Shown: positions 7,940-18,226 of the stretch, one piece after another
How positions within the stretch are numbered: the first letter of the stretch is position 1
How the letters are laid out: each line of letters opens with the position of its first letter
Assembly: GCA_965203805.1 (NCBI GenBank)
Contig: OZ241917.1
Span: 2,816,001 to 2,880,000, forward strand
Length of the DNA: 64,000 bases
Source of the DNA: Candidatus Latescibacterota bacterium
Lineage (GTDB): Bacteria; Latescibacterota; UBA2968; GCA-2709665
Reading direction: 5' to 3'
Notes under the pieces: generated by a model
Seen by the model: the letters and a program-made list of their open reading frames with translations, nothing else
Database searches by the model: none
What the model was told of the DNA's origin: nothing
Made by a program: the position numbers and the translations under genes

Positions 7940-9769
7940 TCAGAAGAAACGCTTCAGTTTGTCCATAAAACTTAACTTTGGCGGACGGTCATCCCTGCGT
8001 TTAAGTGCATCAGCCATATCGCTAAGTGTGCCCTCCATAGCCTTTACAGACGCCACAATCTGTTTTTGCTCGCCGACGACTTTGGGAAGATTACTCAGCG
8101 TTTGAATGACACCTTTCAAATTTCCAACAAGTGTCTGATCCAGACGCTCAATGGCACTTTCCACGTCCGAAAGGCCCGTGCGTAGCGTGCCCACCTTTTC
8201 ATCCAAGTCGGTGTTGTCTCTATCGCTAAATTCCTGCTGAAGCTTCAGCAGAGCTTGTTCTGTGGCGTGAATGGCGTCCAGTTGCGCCTTGATGTTGTCA
8301 AAAACGGGTTTGTACGTTGGCTCATCGGGGTTGAGTTTTTGAATCAACTGATATGTTTCCTCCATTGTCAAGCCCAAGGTATTCATTCTTGCATAAAAGC
8401 CATCCATCATTTTATCGACTGCGGATTTCAACTCTTCCAACGGCTCACTGAGCCTGGTAAAATTAGAAATGTGTTTCACAAAATTCTCGCCCGACTTACG
8501 TATATCATCGGCTCCAGAGTTGAGCGCATCGCAAGCAGTGTTGAGGGTGTCCAAAAGCGGTTTGAGCGCGACTTTGAGATGGTCTGAATGATCTTTGAGT
8601 GTCTTTATGAGAAGGTCCGCTTGCTCTGCCATCAATGCCGAATGTCGATACGAGAAATCCTCAAGTGTGCTGCTCCATTTCTCACTCACTTGCTCGTTGG
8701 AGGCACTCGCTTTTTTTAGCGTATCACTGGCGTCGTTAAGCGTTTTCAAAAAAGGGACAAAGGATGTCGAGACCTTTTCAAAATGCGCTTCGAGTGCTCT
8801 TTCTATAGAGTCTGCCTGACTTGCCATCAATGCGGAATGTCGATGCGAGAAATCCTCAAGTGTGCTGCTCCATTTCTCACTCACTTGCTCGTTGGAGGCA
8901 CTCGCCTTGTTGAGCATGTCACTGGTGTTGTTGAGAGTTTGCAGAAAAGGCCCAAATGAAGCCGATACCTTCTCAAAATGTGCTTCAAGTGTGGTTTTGA
9001 GATAGTCTGTCTGATCCGTCATAAATTCCGAATGTCTATCTGCAAGACCTTTAAAAGCTTCTTGAACCGCCTCTTTCAGATCCACCTCAGGCAAAAACAA
9101 TCTGAATTTGGGGGCGATTTCTTCATTGCAATAGGTTTCTATCTCGGCAATCAATACAAGCCTTTTCTTGCTGAGAATTAGGAAACAGATAGTCAATACA
9201 ATCATGCAACCTAACCCAGCGATGCTGGTTATAAAGGCAAACTCCATCCCAGAGAACGACTTGACGATATTTTTTAGCATATCCGGCAGGCTTTGTGTTG
9301 CATTGTCTCCGGTATTTTGGATAATGCTTTCAATCGGTCGGATGACTTGGTAAAGCCCGATAAATGTCCCGAGAAGACCCAATACGATCAAACTCACGCT
9401 CGTTGTGCGAATCGCTTCGTCATTTCCGCAAAGATCTTCCTCTTCTCTCTGTACCATTTCATCAACGACTGGTGGTTTATTTTGCCGAAACCCCGCCCAG
9501 AGCAACTTCAGCCATTGTTGTGTTTTCGGATTCGAAGTAGAATCCGAGGGTGCATTTGCTGCTCTGCTGGCAATAAATCCTTGATGATTTTTTTCCCAAC
9601 TTTCCAAGTCTGCAAGTGCATTTCTCGATCTGGTTATCTTGCGCCACATTTTTGCTAAAAACCAAAGGCCCAAGCAAAAAAATATGCCCATAACGAGCAA
9701 CCAAATTACCAAAAAATTCGATGGATTCGACCCAAAAAATAAATCTGACATATTGGTAAATTTCCTCAT
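7940..9769 (-). CDS. MotA/TolQ/ExbB (ZorA-like) 3-TM protein with a long helical tail
   Basis: TM motifs LGLLGTFIGL and GMEFAFITSIAGL; ~400-aa helical/coiled-coil C-terminus. Confidence 0.82.
   Translation of the reverse strand: MRKFTNMSDLFFGSNPSNFLVIWLLVMGIFFCLGLWFLAKMWRKITRSRNALADLESWEKNHQGFIASRAANAPSDSTSNPKTQQWLKLLWAGFRQNKPPVVDEMVQREEEDLCGNDEAIRTTSVSLIVLGLLGTFIGLYQVIRPIESIIQNTGDNATQSLPDMLKNIVKSFSGMEFAFITSIAGLGCMIVLTICFLILSKKRLVLIAEIETYCNEEIAPKFRLFLPEVDLKEAVQEAFKGLADRHSEFMTDQTDYLKTTLEAHFEKVSASFGPFLQTLNNTSDMLNKASASNEQVSEKWSSTLEDFSHRHSALMASQADSIERALEAHFEKVSTSFVPFLKTLNDASDTLKKASASNEQVSEKWSSTLEDFSYRHSALMAEQADLLIKTLKDHSDHLKVALKPLLDTLNTACDALNSGADDIRKSGENFVKHISNFTRLSEPLEELKSAVDKMMDGFYARMNTLGLTMEETYQLIQKLNPDEPTYKPVFDNIKAQLDAIHATEQALLKLQQEFSDRDNTDLDEKVGTLRTGLSDVESAIERLDQTLVGNLKGVIQTLSNLPKVVGEQKQIVASVKAMEGTLSDMADALKRRDDRPPKLSFMDKLKRFF
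8520..9050. repeat. 195-bp (65-aa) intragenic tandem repeat, ~2.5-3 units
   Basis: gagaaatcctcaagtgtgctgctccatttctcactcacttgctcgttggaggcactcgc at 8652 and 8847; LEAHFEKVS..KASASNEQVSEKWSSTLEDFS repeated; outer bounds approximate. Confidence 0.85.
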
Positions 9770-10644
9770 CCAGCAATGATCACTTTTGCTTTGAGATCTA
9801 TCTCATCGGTTTGTGAATTCTTAAGCCCATGCGCCAAGCACCTTACAATTCGGTCCCGGGGTTGTGTCCCGCTTGTATCCTGACTGGCAATTTGAAATCG
9901 GCGCCTGTCAAAAGAATCCCCTGGACGCGCTCCAATTATCTCTACTTCATCCCCTCCCAAATCCATCATCAGATCAAAAACACGCTGCGCGTCCTCCTGT
10001 CGATTCTGTGTTACTCGACTGTCGATTTCGGGTAAGAAGTATCGAATCATCTGTGCGGGACGGGTACGGCGTAGAAGGCTTTCTATTGAAGACGCATTGA
10101 AAACTTCCTCACCTATAAGAGCACCTTTGAGCCAAAGAACCGGATCATCTGAATCATCTTGCATTTCGCGCAACGTCAACAGATCCTGTATTTGTTTTAA
10201 TGGCTTCTCAACCTCCCGATCAACATATACAGCGAAAGATGCACGGTCATCCTGCGACATCGCGCTCTTTATTTCCTCTAAAGCCGACCGAAACTGCCTC
10301 AAATACGTTACACGGTCTTTCAATTCGCGCCAATTTTCTTCATCCAAATCATCTGAAAAGCTACCTACACTTTCTCTTATTCTTCTCTTCAACAATTTTA
10401 TCCATTCAATATCTTCTTTATTCTGACCATTTTCCAAATCTTTGATGTTTTCTACTTCTGTACGGAGATTTGAAACGTGGGTCGCATAAACCTGTACCCG
10501 GTCCGACACTATAGCCTTCACGTCTTCACTTGCTTCTGATCGGGATTTTAAAACCTGCTTTCTTAACCATATAACAGACAAGAGTGCTATTAGAGAAATA
10601 ATGAATGAAATGACATTCAACAATGAATCAAATTCCTTAAACAT
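9766..10644 (-). CDS. Membrane-anchored GrpE-like protein
   Basis: N-terminal TM, coiled coil, C-terminal PGDSFDRRRFQ..IVRCLAHGL..KAKVII resembling the GrpE head; GGAGGT RBS before ATG 10644. Confidence 0.65.
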   Translation of the reverse strand: MFKEFDSLLNVISFIISLIALLSVIWLRKQVLKSRSEASEDVKAIVSDRVQVYATHVSNLRTEVENIKDLENGQNKEDIEWIKLLKRRIRESVGSFSDDLDEENWRELKDRVTYLRQFRSALEEIKSAMSQDDRASFAVYVDREVEKPLKQIQDLLTLREMQDDSDDPVLWLKGALIGEEVFNASSIESLLRRTRPAQMIRYFLPEIDSRVTQNRQEDAQRVFDLMMDLGGDEVEIIGARPGDSFDRRRFQIASQDTSGTQPRDRIVRCLAHGLKNSQTDEIDLKAKVIIAG

Positions 10645-10664
10645 CAAGCTACCTCCAAGAAGCA

Positions 10665-13600
10665 TTATGTGTAGGAAAAGTTCATACACCTTCGATGTGC
10701 TTCCCATACGTATTCAAAATCACTGCCATCTTTTTCATTGCCAACCCGATAGTTATACAAAAGGTCCGCTTTCCCCGCTACATCACATTTCAGTTCCAGG
10801 CAGTAAGTCCAGAATTGTGCGTTTTGAAATACATCATCGTCTTTTGGCACAGTTAGATTGGCAACGACCCTATTTTCAGCCTGGGTTACTCTTGTGTTTA
10901 AGTCCCACCCAAAAAACTCAACAAGCGCGATTCGGCTACTTGCCCTTTCTATTTCTATGATGAGGCCTGGGTTTTCCGGAGTGATGGTCGTATCTGGCTC
11001 CAACGGCGTCCAGCGATCAAAAACGAGTACAAAATGGGTAAATGCACGCATGCAGATGGGATAATTTAATTTTCGTATCCCTTTTGGAGGCGAATAATAG
11101 AGATCGCTCAAACTCCTACCATACTCAACAGCACCCAAAGCCACGCTTTTTTTCAGTTTTTCTGGTTCGAAAATGATCTCTTTCGCCTGTACTCTTTCTT
11201 TCGCAACCGTTTTTACGAGCGGGAGACGAGAGGTGTTTCCTTCCAAGATCAGATAATCTAACTGAGTATCGGCGATCTGATTCTTGTTGAACAGATAGTG
11301 CTGCATCTGATTGAGCTTATCAAAGCCTTTTTTCAGCTCCTCGCGGACAGAATTATAGATGTCGTTAATAGCTAAAGGTGCCATATCTGGAAGTAAGTTG
11401 TCATTCAAAAAACGCAGCGTGCCTTCTATACTCAGAGTGGCATTCTCAGGACTTTTACTCTTGAGAGAAACGCGTGGCCAATTATCGGGGATATTGGAGG
11501 ATTCGATCAGATCTAAAATGCCGTTCTCTCCACCATGAAGATGTTCAGCATAATCTTCGGGTTCCAGAGCCTCTCTAAGAAAAGACGTTATTCTATTGTT
11601 CTCCTTTATTGTTTCTGCTAATCCATAGAGTTGGGAGAAATTCTCCTCTTCGATTTTTTCCAGTGGTCTCAGTGCCTTATCCAATGTATCGGGAAAAGGG
11701 AATTGGGTTCTGTAAACCTCAGGGACCATTTGAAAATACAGATATTGCGCGATTTTGAAAGACAGCAAGTCGCCACCCAGCGAAACATCTCCGTCAGAGG
11801 CGAGAATTTCAATGTCGGGTCGTCCATATTCTTGAGGGGTTAATCGTACAATTGAGATGTCCGTGGTCCCTCCTCCACAATCGAAGACGCCATAAACAAT
11901 ATCTCGACCAAGGTCCTGCTTGATAGCGATATCCAGTGCATAAGCAAGGGCGATGGCCTCCGGTTCACTAATCTCAAGAATAGGTTTGAGATTCATTCCC
12001 TGTGTCGCCCACGCAATGGCTTTTCTCATTGACTCCTTTTGGCGATTAAAAACTGCGGGATAAGTAAAAACGGCTTCTGAGGGCACATAACCCGTATTTT
12101 CTTGGAAACTCTCCAATAAGAAACGGATGTAAAGCCCTACCTTTTCAATCGCACCAACTTCAATATATCTATTGCCCTGGGTATAAATTCTTCCATTTAA
12201 GCTGAGGCTCCCTGTACCCAAATCATTATAAATAATCTGTTCGTGGGGCGTTCTCAAGGTGCGCTTAAAACCCCAAGAAATTGATGAGATATGTTCAGAA
12301 TGAAACCGCAGGTCTTTAAGTGTATGACCAAATTTGACAAGGGCTTCTTTTTCCTTCAAAACAGTCCGCCTTACGTCAGCCCCCGGCTCTTGTAAAACTT
12401 CCAAAAGATCATCGGGGTTTTTAATCGCCAAAAACTGAAACACAGTGGGTATTTCCGAGCCCATTTCCGAGACATCTTCGCCAAGGTCTATTTCCAGTAG
12501 TTCCTCTTTGTCTTGGGCGTCCTGATCTATATATGCGATACACGAGTTCGTGGTACCGAAATCTACTGCAATAGGAGAATCCAGAAGCTGAGGAGGTCGG
12601 ATTTGAACGGGAAGAGAGATGGATTGATGGAACGTTTCGCCTTCGCCAACGGTAGCTCCGTGAATGACCAGAGTTGCCTTATCAGTGGTGTTCTCCTCAA
12701 CTGTCGGAAGTGTGTCTTGATTGAGAATCAGGTCAATTGGAGAACTCGAATTATCTATAAGAATTGGCTCCTGATCTGTAATTTGAATTCTTGTATTGAG
12801 CCAAGGCTGATTTGATTCAACCCGAGTAATTCGAAGTGGTGGACCACTTAAGTGCTTTACCGTTACGGTAAAGCTCATCTTTTTGTTTCCTCCAGATACA
12901 AGTGCCTGCTCGTTGACAAATTGACGGCTGAACTTCCACTCAATCTTTGGCTTATTAACATAGCGCAACAACAACCTGAATGTTATCTCGCCCAAACTGT
13001 CAAAAGGGAAATTTAAAATAGCAGGGCAAGTCTCTTCAAAGTCCCGTCGCCGAGTGAGACTAAATCTAAATGGATGCTCAGGAGAAAGTTTATCGGGAAA
13101 TTCCTGGTCCGGCGGTAAGTCAAAATGACCTTTGCCTTCAGACAGGAAAGGCGCGGCCTGAAGCCTCAGCGGAGAATCGTGATGAACCGTAAGGGTGACC
13201 CGTCCGTCGTCAGGGTCTATTGCGCAGGGCTGATATTCGACTGTGTCGTGTTTAAACTCGTGCTCATCTGGTGAAACAAGCCAAATCTCCGGTGCTTTCT
13301 CGCATCGAACAAAAAAAACAACAGGTTTAATTGACGAAAGTGATGAAAGCAATTCTAATCGCCCGATATTGCGCTCATGTGCATTATGCGAACAACGGAG
13401 TTCTACACTTTCATCGGTATCAAGTCTATACGGTAGATCAATATCTCCGTGCCGTTGGGTGATTCCGAAGCCCTGAGCCTTTAATTCACGAATTTCTATG
13501 GGATTGACGCCTTCGTTTTTAACCTTTAGCGTGATGGGTATACCAGAAAAAATCGTCCAGGGAGCACCCCTAAGGTCTTCGTCCGGATCTGGAGTGACTG

Positions 13601-13715
13601 TTATTCTAACTAACTGATATGCACACCCCCCGCAGAAGATATCTTTGGGTGAAATTTGCCAGTGGCATCTGGGGCATACCGGTGTGTTGCCTATTGAGTT
13701 CATTTTGAAACGCAT
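10665..13715 (-). CDS. Hsp70-family (actin-fold) ATPase with N-terminal Zn ribbon and Ig-like domains
   Basis: CPRC..CGGC; VDFGTTNS, FTYPAVF, SEPEAIAL, FDCGGGTTDISI, LGGD, GNTSRLP, SVALGA. Confidence 0.88.
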   Translation of the reverse strand: MRFKMNSIGNTPVCPRCHWQISPKDIFCGGCAYQLVRITVTPDPDEDLRGAPWTIFSGIPITLKVKNEGVNPIEIRELKAQGFGITQRHGDIDLPYRLDTDESVELRCSHNAHERNIGRLELLSSLSSIKPVVFFVRCEKAPEIWLVSPDEHEFKHDTVEYQPCAIDPDDGRVTLTVHHDSPLRLQAAPFLSEGKGHFDLPPDQEFPDKLSPEHPFRFSLTRRRDFEETCPAILNFPFDSLGEITFRLLLRYVNKPKIEWKFSRQFVNEQALVSGGNKKMSFTVTVKHLSGPPLRITRVESNQPWLNTRIQITDQEPILIDNSSSPIDLILNQDTLPTVEENTTDKATLVIHGATVGEGETFHQSISLPVQIRPPQLLDSPIAVDFGTTNSCIAYIDQDAQDKEELLEIDLGEDVSEMGSEIPTVFQFLAIKNPDDLLEVLQEPGADVRRTVLKEKEALVKFGHTLKDLRFHSEHISSISWGFKRTLRTPHEQIIYNDLGTGSLSLNGRIYTQGNRYIEVGAIEKVGLYIRFLLESFQENTGYVPSEAVFTYPAVFNRQKESMRKAIAWATQGMNLKPILEISEPEAIALAYALDIAIKQDLGRDIVYGVFDCGGGTTDISIVRLTPQEYGRPDIEILASDGDVSLGGDLLSFKIAQYLYFQMVPEVYRTQFPFPDTLDKALRPLEKIEEENFSQLYGLAETIKENNRITSFLREALEPEDYAEHLHGGENGILDLIESSNIPDNWPRVSLKSKSPENATLSIEGTLRFLNDNLLPDMAPLAINDIYNSVREELKKGFDKLNQMQHYLFNKNQIADTQLDYLILEGNTSRLPLVKTVAKERVQAKEIIFEPEKLKKSVALGAVEYGRSLSDLYYSPPKGIRKLNYPICMRAFTHFVLVFDRWTPLEPDTTITPENPGLIIEIERASSRIALVEFFGWDLNTRVTQAENRVVANLTVPKDDDVFQNAQFWTYCLELKCDVAGKADLLYNYRVGNEKDGSDFEYVWEAHRRCMNFSYT

Positions 13716-13725
13716 CCCAAAAAAA

Positions 13726-16700
13726 TCACTTCATCACATAGATATCGTCTTTGCAGAACTTATCGCGATACGCCAATGGAGTAGCAAATGTATCGATTCC
13801 ATCCCTCATTTTTTCCAATTTTTCATTTAAGGCAGTTTCGTCCAAATTGAACTGCCTGAGCGTCTGATCGTAATCGCTCTGATATGACCTGTCCAGCAAA
13901 ATTCGAAAGGTATGATCTGCGGAGATATCCTCGTTCCCCACGCGAATCTGAGTACTTGGAAATACCTTGTTGAGCAGCCAGCTCTTTAATGCGAGCCGCT
14001 GAATAAAACACTCGTGGCGATTTTCTCTACGCCACTGCTCTTCCAATGTGCGGGTCGCAATATCTAGACGGTCTTTTGCGTCTGATTTGCTACCTATGAT
14101 TAACCGTGCGCGCTCGAGATTGTGACCGTATCTATCTAAATGCTCAATACCTCTTAGCTTAAACGGACGGCAGAACTCTCTCTGAATATTATCGTATTTG
14201 ATAATGCTCATAATTATCCCATTGATCAGGGAACTCTGTGCATTAATCAGTGATCGAACTTCCCCATCATTTTGGGGTGGCAGGATGTCGGCAAATTCCC
14301 AATAATCTTTGATCATGTGACGACGGTACACGTTGATAGGATCTGCTCCGGTATTTGCCCGGTAATCACGATCAAGATCAAAAATATTTCCAATAGATAA
14401 AATGGGAAATGCCATCCATTGGTTTACAAAAACAACGGCGTCATTTCTGTGTTCTGTTGCTTGATATGATTGTCCTTTGTGCGGAGCAACAAGATGGTTG
14501 ACTTGATTGACCCAGACATCGTCCTTAACGCCAATGCGATTATCGGAAATATCTGCCAGACCGGGCAATGCCAGACGTGTATCAGAAACACGAGGTTCAG
14601 CTCTCTGGCTTCGCTTGACAATTTCATCCCGCTCCTGGTCGGCGAAACGATTGCGTAACTCCTCAGTGGCGTGAATATCTGTTTTGAAATCCCCAAAAAG
14701 TTGAAATGTGTATTCATCAATAGTCCTGAGAACGGCATCCCAATTGCGAGGGGAATGACCTCGCCTGGCAGACCGGTTGAATATCTCTCTGGTGCCTGTG
14801 TTTATGGTGTCGATATCTTCACCCTGTGCCGTAGCAATATTGCCAAACAGGATTTTGGCTTCTTCAGAACGGAAATATTTCTCCAGCCCTCCTCGACATA
14901 GACGCGGCAAATCAGTTTCTGGCCATCTTCTTGCCTGTCGGAGATGGTCTTGAATTTCTTCAGGATAATTTAGATCAAGTGTGAGGTTCAGGTTTCTTTC
15001 TCCCGTTACGCGCTGAATATATGCCTGATGGATCTCCAAGAAACCTCTGGACATTTCCTGCAGGTTCTCGCGAAAACCTTGAACCTGTGCTTGCAGACCG
15101 CTCACTCTTACACTAACCTTACCATCATCTCCGGTAACCTCTGCACGACTCCCCAGCAAGCGGATGATTTGTCCCACCAAATCGACGAGAAATCGGGCAG
15201 CATCCTTGCGAAAACGCTTCCGCACCCAATCGGAGAGTTCCCGCTGAGTGGCGTCAACCTGATTTCGAAGGTCTCGATAGATCTTTTGGGCATCCTCGCG
15301 AAAAGCCCTGGCTTTTTCGTCTTCGTAGTGACGCAACGCTATCTTTTTTGTTCGCCAGGCCAGAGGGAGATCTCGCGCTTCTTTCAACCGCTGTTCAAAG
15401 AGACGAAAGTCTCCTGAAAACTCAATATTTATAGGGGATATTTGGGGGCCTTCCATTTGCTCGTTAGCCAGCCTATTCAAATCTCGAAGCACGGATGCCA
15501 ATGCCTCTTTGCTGTGTTCCAAGAAGCTTTCGACATAGTTGGGACCGCACTCTAAAGGATTGCAAAGCATCCCGATACAATAATCTTTTACTTTGTCTTC
15601 GAGTTCTGGAAGCAATCGATCTGCATTGTCGAGGATCTGTTTAATATCGTCCCCTTTAATAGTGCCTTCCTCTTTGAGCTTTTCAGATACCTTCTGTCGT
15701 ATTTCAAGTGTTAGGCCTTCAACTCTCGACCTGGCTTCTGCCACCTGTCGTTCAAGGATCGCAACATCCTGAGCCTCGGGTGCTTTATCGATGCTTTGCA
15801 ATAGATCGGTAAAAACCGGTTTCAGAGTCTCATTTATTGCATGATCCGCCAGCGTAAAGTCTGCACCGGGACGGTTTAAGGCACGGTTGATGAGTCTATC
15901 TGTGGTGAGCTCGATCTGTTCCAAATGGGGTCGTACATCGGCTGTAGAAAACCCAGGAGGAATTTTATTATCCGCCGCGATTATAAAATCCACCAGGTAC
16001 TGTGCGAATTTATTCGATGCAGCATTGGCAAGACGAGGTTGGTTGATCTCCATTTGAGAGAGACCAAATGAGGCATATCGGCATGGGAAGTACTGAACAT
16101 AGTTGTCGCTCTTATATCTCACCATTTGCTGCAAAAATTGCTCCATATTGGAGCGGGCACTGCGCTTGTCCATCGCGAAACGAGTCTGTTCGAAGTCGAG
16201 CAACAGAAACTCAGCGATCATCTGAAACACATCGGCAAAGTCTGCAATGCGGACCCCGGCAAGATTGCTATCATCAAGCAAATAGACAGTTGAGAATGGG
16301 GGTGCTGGAACGCTGTGTTCACTGCCATCCCACTCGAATTTGTGTCGAGTAAAATGGTCGTCGCCTGTACTCTGTGCATCAAAGTATGGCTGCATGTAGT
16401 GTTCGAGTTCTTTGAGGGCGGCAAAACCATTAGCCCGTGTAGTTTGGCGTGCTCCCCCCACAATCTCATCAAAGACAGAAGGTAGTACCAAATGGGCTGT
16501 GCAGACCGCATTTGGAAAAAGATATCGACACAAAAATCCCATGTCGATGAAAGAGCCTGAACCAGTTCCTCCTGCGACGGATGTGACGATTACGATTTCC
16601 AGATCGTTGGAATCGGCATCATAGTTGGGAAATCTCCGCACCATTTCTGTCCTTGCCTCTGCGCTTTGAACGCGGTTGACCTTTCTTTCTATTTCTTCTC

Positions 16701-17157
16701 GAAGTTTATCATAGTGATGAAAAAAGGCTAATCGGCCACAAGGTCGAATCTGCCCAGCTCCTTGTGTGATCGCTGTGGAGGGAAGGGAGTCAAGAGCTTC
16801 TGGAAACCACGACCAGATATGAGGATACATACCTTTGTTATTGCGATATCCTTCCAATTCTTGAGGCATAACTCTACCATCTACTTTTTCACGGGCAGAA
16901 AAGTCTATTCTCCGATCCAGAAGGTCTGTTTCATTCTCCATAATGTCAATATTTCGAATGTCGGTATCAAACCAGAGGTACTCCATCAGAGGCAAACCAA
17001 TCATCCTGTATTTTTCGTAAAACATTCGACGGAGACGCCGCAGAACTTCCTTACCCGTGCCTCCAAGACCAATCAGAACAGTTGGCCTGATGCTGATCCG
17101 ACCTTCTCCTCGCTGTGCTCCACCAAGGCGTTCTGCCGTAGCATTTGTTTCCATCAT
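13726..17157 (-). CDS. Tubulin/FtsZ-like GTPase (Tubulin_2/FtsZl1 type) with a large helical C-terminus
   Basis: VLIGLGGTG, GAGQIRPCGR, SVAGGTGSG signature, ANGFAALKEL. Confidence 0.9.
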   Translation of the reverse strand: MMETNATAERLGGAQRGEGRISIRPTVLIGLGGTGKEVLRRLRRMFYEKYRMIGLPLMEYLWFDTDIRNIDIMENETDLLDRRIDFSAREKVDGRVMPQELEGYRNNKGMYPHIWSWFPEALDSLPSTAITQGAGQIRPCGRLAFFHHYDKLREEIERKVNRVQSAEARTEMVRRFPNYDADSNDLEIVIVTSVAGGTGSGSFIDMGFLCRYLFPNAVCTAHLVLPSVFDEIVGGARQTTRANGFAALKELEHYMQPYFDAQSTGDDHFTRHKFEWDGSEHSVPAPPFSTVYLLDDSNLAGVRIADFADVFQMIAEFLLLDFEQTRFAMDKRSARSNMEQFLQQMVRYKSDNYVQYFPCRYASFGLSQMEINQPRLANAASNKFAQYLVDFIIAADNKIPPGFSTADVRPHLEQIELTTDRLINRALNRPGADFTLADHAINETLKPVFTDLLQSIDKAPEAQDVAILERQVAEARSRVEGLTLEIRQKVSEKLKEEGTIKGDDIKQILDNADRLLPELEDKVKDYCIGMLCNPLECGPNYVESFLEHSKEALASVLRDLNRLANEQMEGPQISPINIEFSGDFRLFEQRLKEARDLPLAWRTKKIALRHYEDEKARAFREDAQKIYRDLRNQVDATQRELSDWVRKRFRKDAARFLVDLVGQIIRLLGSRAEVTGDDGKVSVRVSGLQAQVQGFRENLQEMSRGFLEIHQAYIQRVTGERNLNLTLDLNYPEEIQDHLRQARRWPETDLPRLCRGGLEKYFRSEEAKILFGNIATAQGEDIDTINTGTREIFNRSARRGHSPRNWDAVLRTIDEYTFQLFGDFKTDIHATEELRNRFADQERDEIVKRSQRAEPRVSDTRLALPGLADISDNRIGVKDDVWVNQVNHLVAPHKGQSYQATEHRNDAVVFVNQWMAFPILSIGNIFDLDRDYRANTGADPINVYRRHMIKDYWEFADILPPQNDGEVRSLINAQSSLINGIIMSIIKYDNIQREFCRPFKLRGIEHLDRYGHNLERARLIIGSKSDAKDRLDIATRTLEEQWRRENRHECFIQRLALKSWLLNKVFPSTQIRVGNEDISADHTFRILLDRSYQSDYDQTLRQFNLDETALNEKLEKMRDGIDTFATPLAYRDKFCKDDIYVMK

Positions 17158-17185
17158 GGTTCTACTCCCAAGGCAATTGGTTATC

Positions 17186-18214
17186 TCAATTTTTCTGAGT
17201 CTGAATGCGTGTCATAAAAAACGTGATTACAAAGGCGACAACACCAACAAAGACACACGACCAGAACAAGGCACTTTCATAAGTGGTCTGCCAACCCAGC
17301 AGATAATCCAAATATCCACTGAGATAAAAGATGATCGTCAACGCACTCCCCACAACTGTAATCACAGCCGAACGCGCAAAAGCATGCGCGGGATGTCGCT
17401 CCCGATTTTTTATTTGGACCGTAAAAATCACATATGTGGAGAATAAGTAAATTCCGATAATGATGATCGCCAGCAAAGCCCACATTAGAGAACCAGAAAA
17501 AATAGACGGTCTGGATGCCGACATATAAGCAGGAGGCTCCATACCTGGAACAACCTTGTCCTCATAATCCGATTTGCCCAATAAGGGTCTGGCTTCATCT
17601 ATTGCCACAGCGTAATTGAGATTCTGGGCACGTCTGGCGGTGTCCTGTTTGGTAAATGTTACAATGCCTACTACCTCTCCTTGTTCATTGAACAACGGCC
17701 CTCCGCTATTACCCGGTGAGACGGGTGCCGTGGTCTGGACAACCTTGTATCCATCCTGATTTCGTATCTGCGAAATGATGCCATCGGTGACAGAAAACTC
17801 CTCGCCTAAGGGATTTCCGATCACGACCACAGGGTCGCCGGGTTTTACTCCTGCCACTGTCCCAAGACGCGCCTGGTGAAGGGTCTGTCCACCCAGATCG
17901 GCCTTCACAAGCGCGAGATCTTTGTGCTCATCTTTTGCCACAATTGCCACGATAGGCATCCATTCGGCTCCCTGTACGCGCACCCATCCTTCTCGAATAC
18001 CCTTGATCACATGCCAGTTGGTCAGAAAATAGCCTTTTGCACCATCAATAGATACTCCCGACCCCTGACTCTTTGCGCCATCTGTTTCAATTACCACGAA
18101 GGCGACAGCAGGACCTTCTTCCTCAGCAATCCGCGAAGCAGTGTTATTGCTCGTCCCCCCACAACCCCACAGGACCAATAAAAAACCTATACGCGCAAGA
18201 TGTGATGTCATCAC
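17186..18214 (-). CDS. Trypsin-like (S1C) serine protease, lipoprotein with C-terminal TMs
   Basis: Lipobox LWGC; triad TNWHV / DLAL / GNSGGP; no PDZ; three hydrophobic C-terminal segments. Confidence 0.88.
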   Translation of the reverse strand: MMTSHLARIGFLLVLWGCGGTSNNTASRIAEEEGPAVAFVVIETDGAKSQGSGVSIDGAKGYFLTNWHVIKGIREGWVRVQGAEWMPIVAIVAKDEHKDLALVKADLGGQTLHQARLGTVAGVKPGDPVVVIGNPLGEEFSVTDGIISQIRNQDGYKVVQTTAPVSPGNSGGPLFNEQGEVVGIVTFTKQDTARRAQNLNYAVAIDEARPLLGKSDYEDKVVPGMEPPAYMSASRPSIFSGSLMWALLAIIIIGIYLFSTYVIFTVQIKNRERHPAHAFARSAVITVVGSALTIIFYLSGYLDYLLGWQTTYESALFWSCVFVGVVAFVITFFMTRIQTQKN

Positions 18215-18226
18215 ATACTCTCCTAT

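Noticed and set aside
7300-9769. Calling the pair canonical Zorya or flagellar motAB
   Set aside because: No OmpA-like domain, no zorC/D/E and no flagellar genes; reported only as ZorAB-like
10665-13715. Calling the gene dnaK
   Set aside because: Large N-terminal extension, no canonical substrate-binding domain, no dnaJ
13726-17157. Calling the gene ftsZ
   Set aside because: About three times longer, divergent motifs, no division cluster
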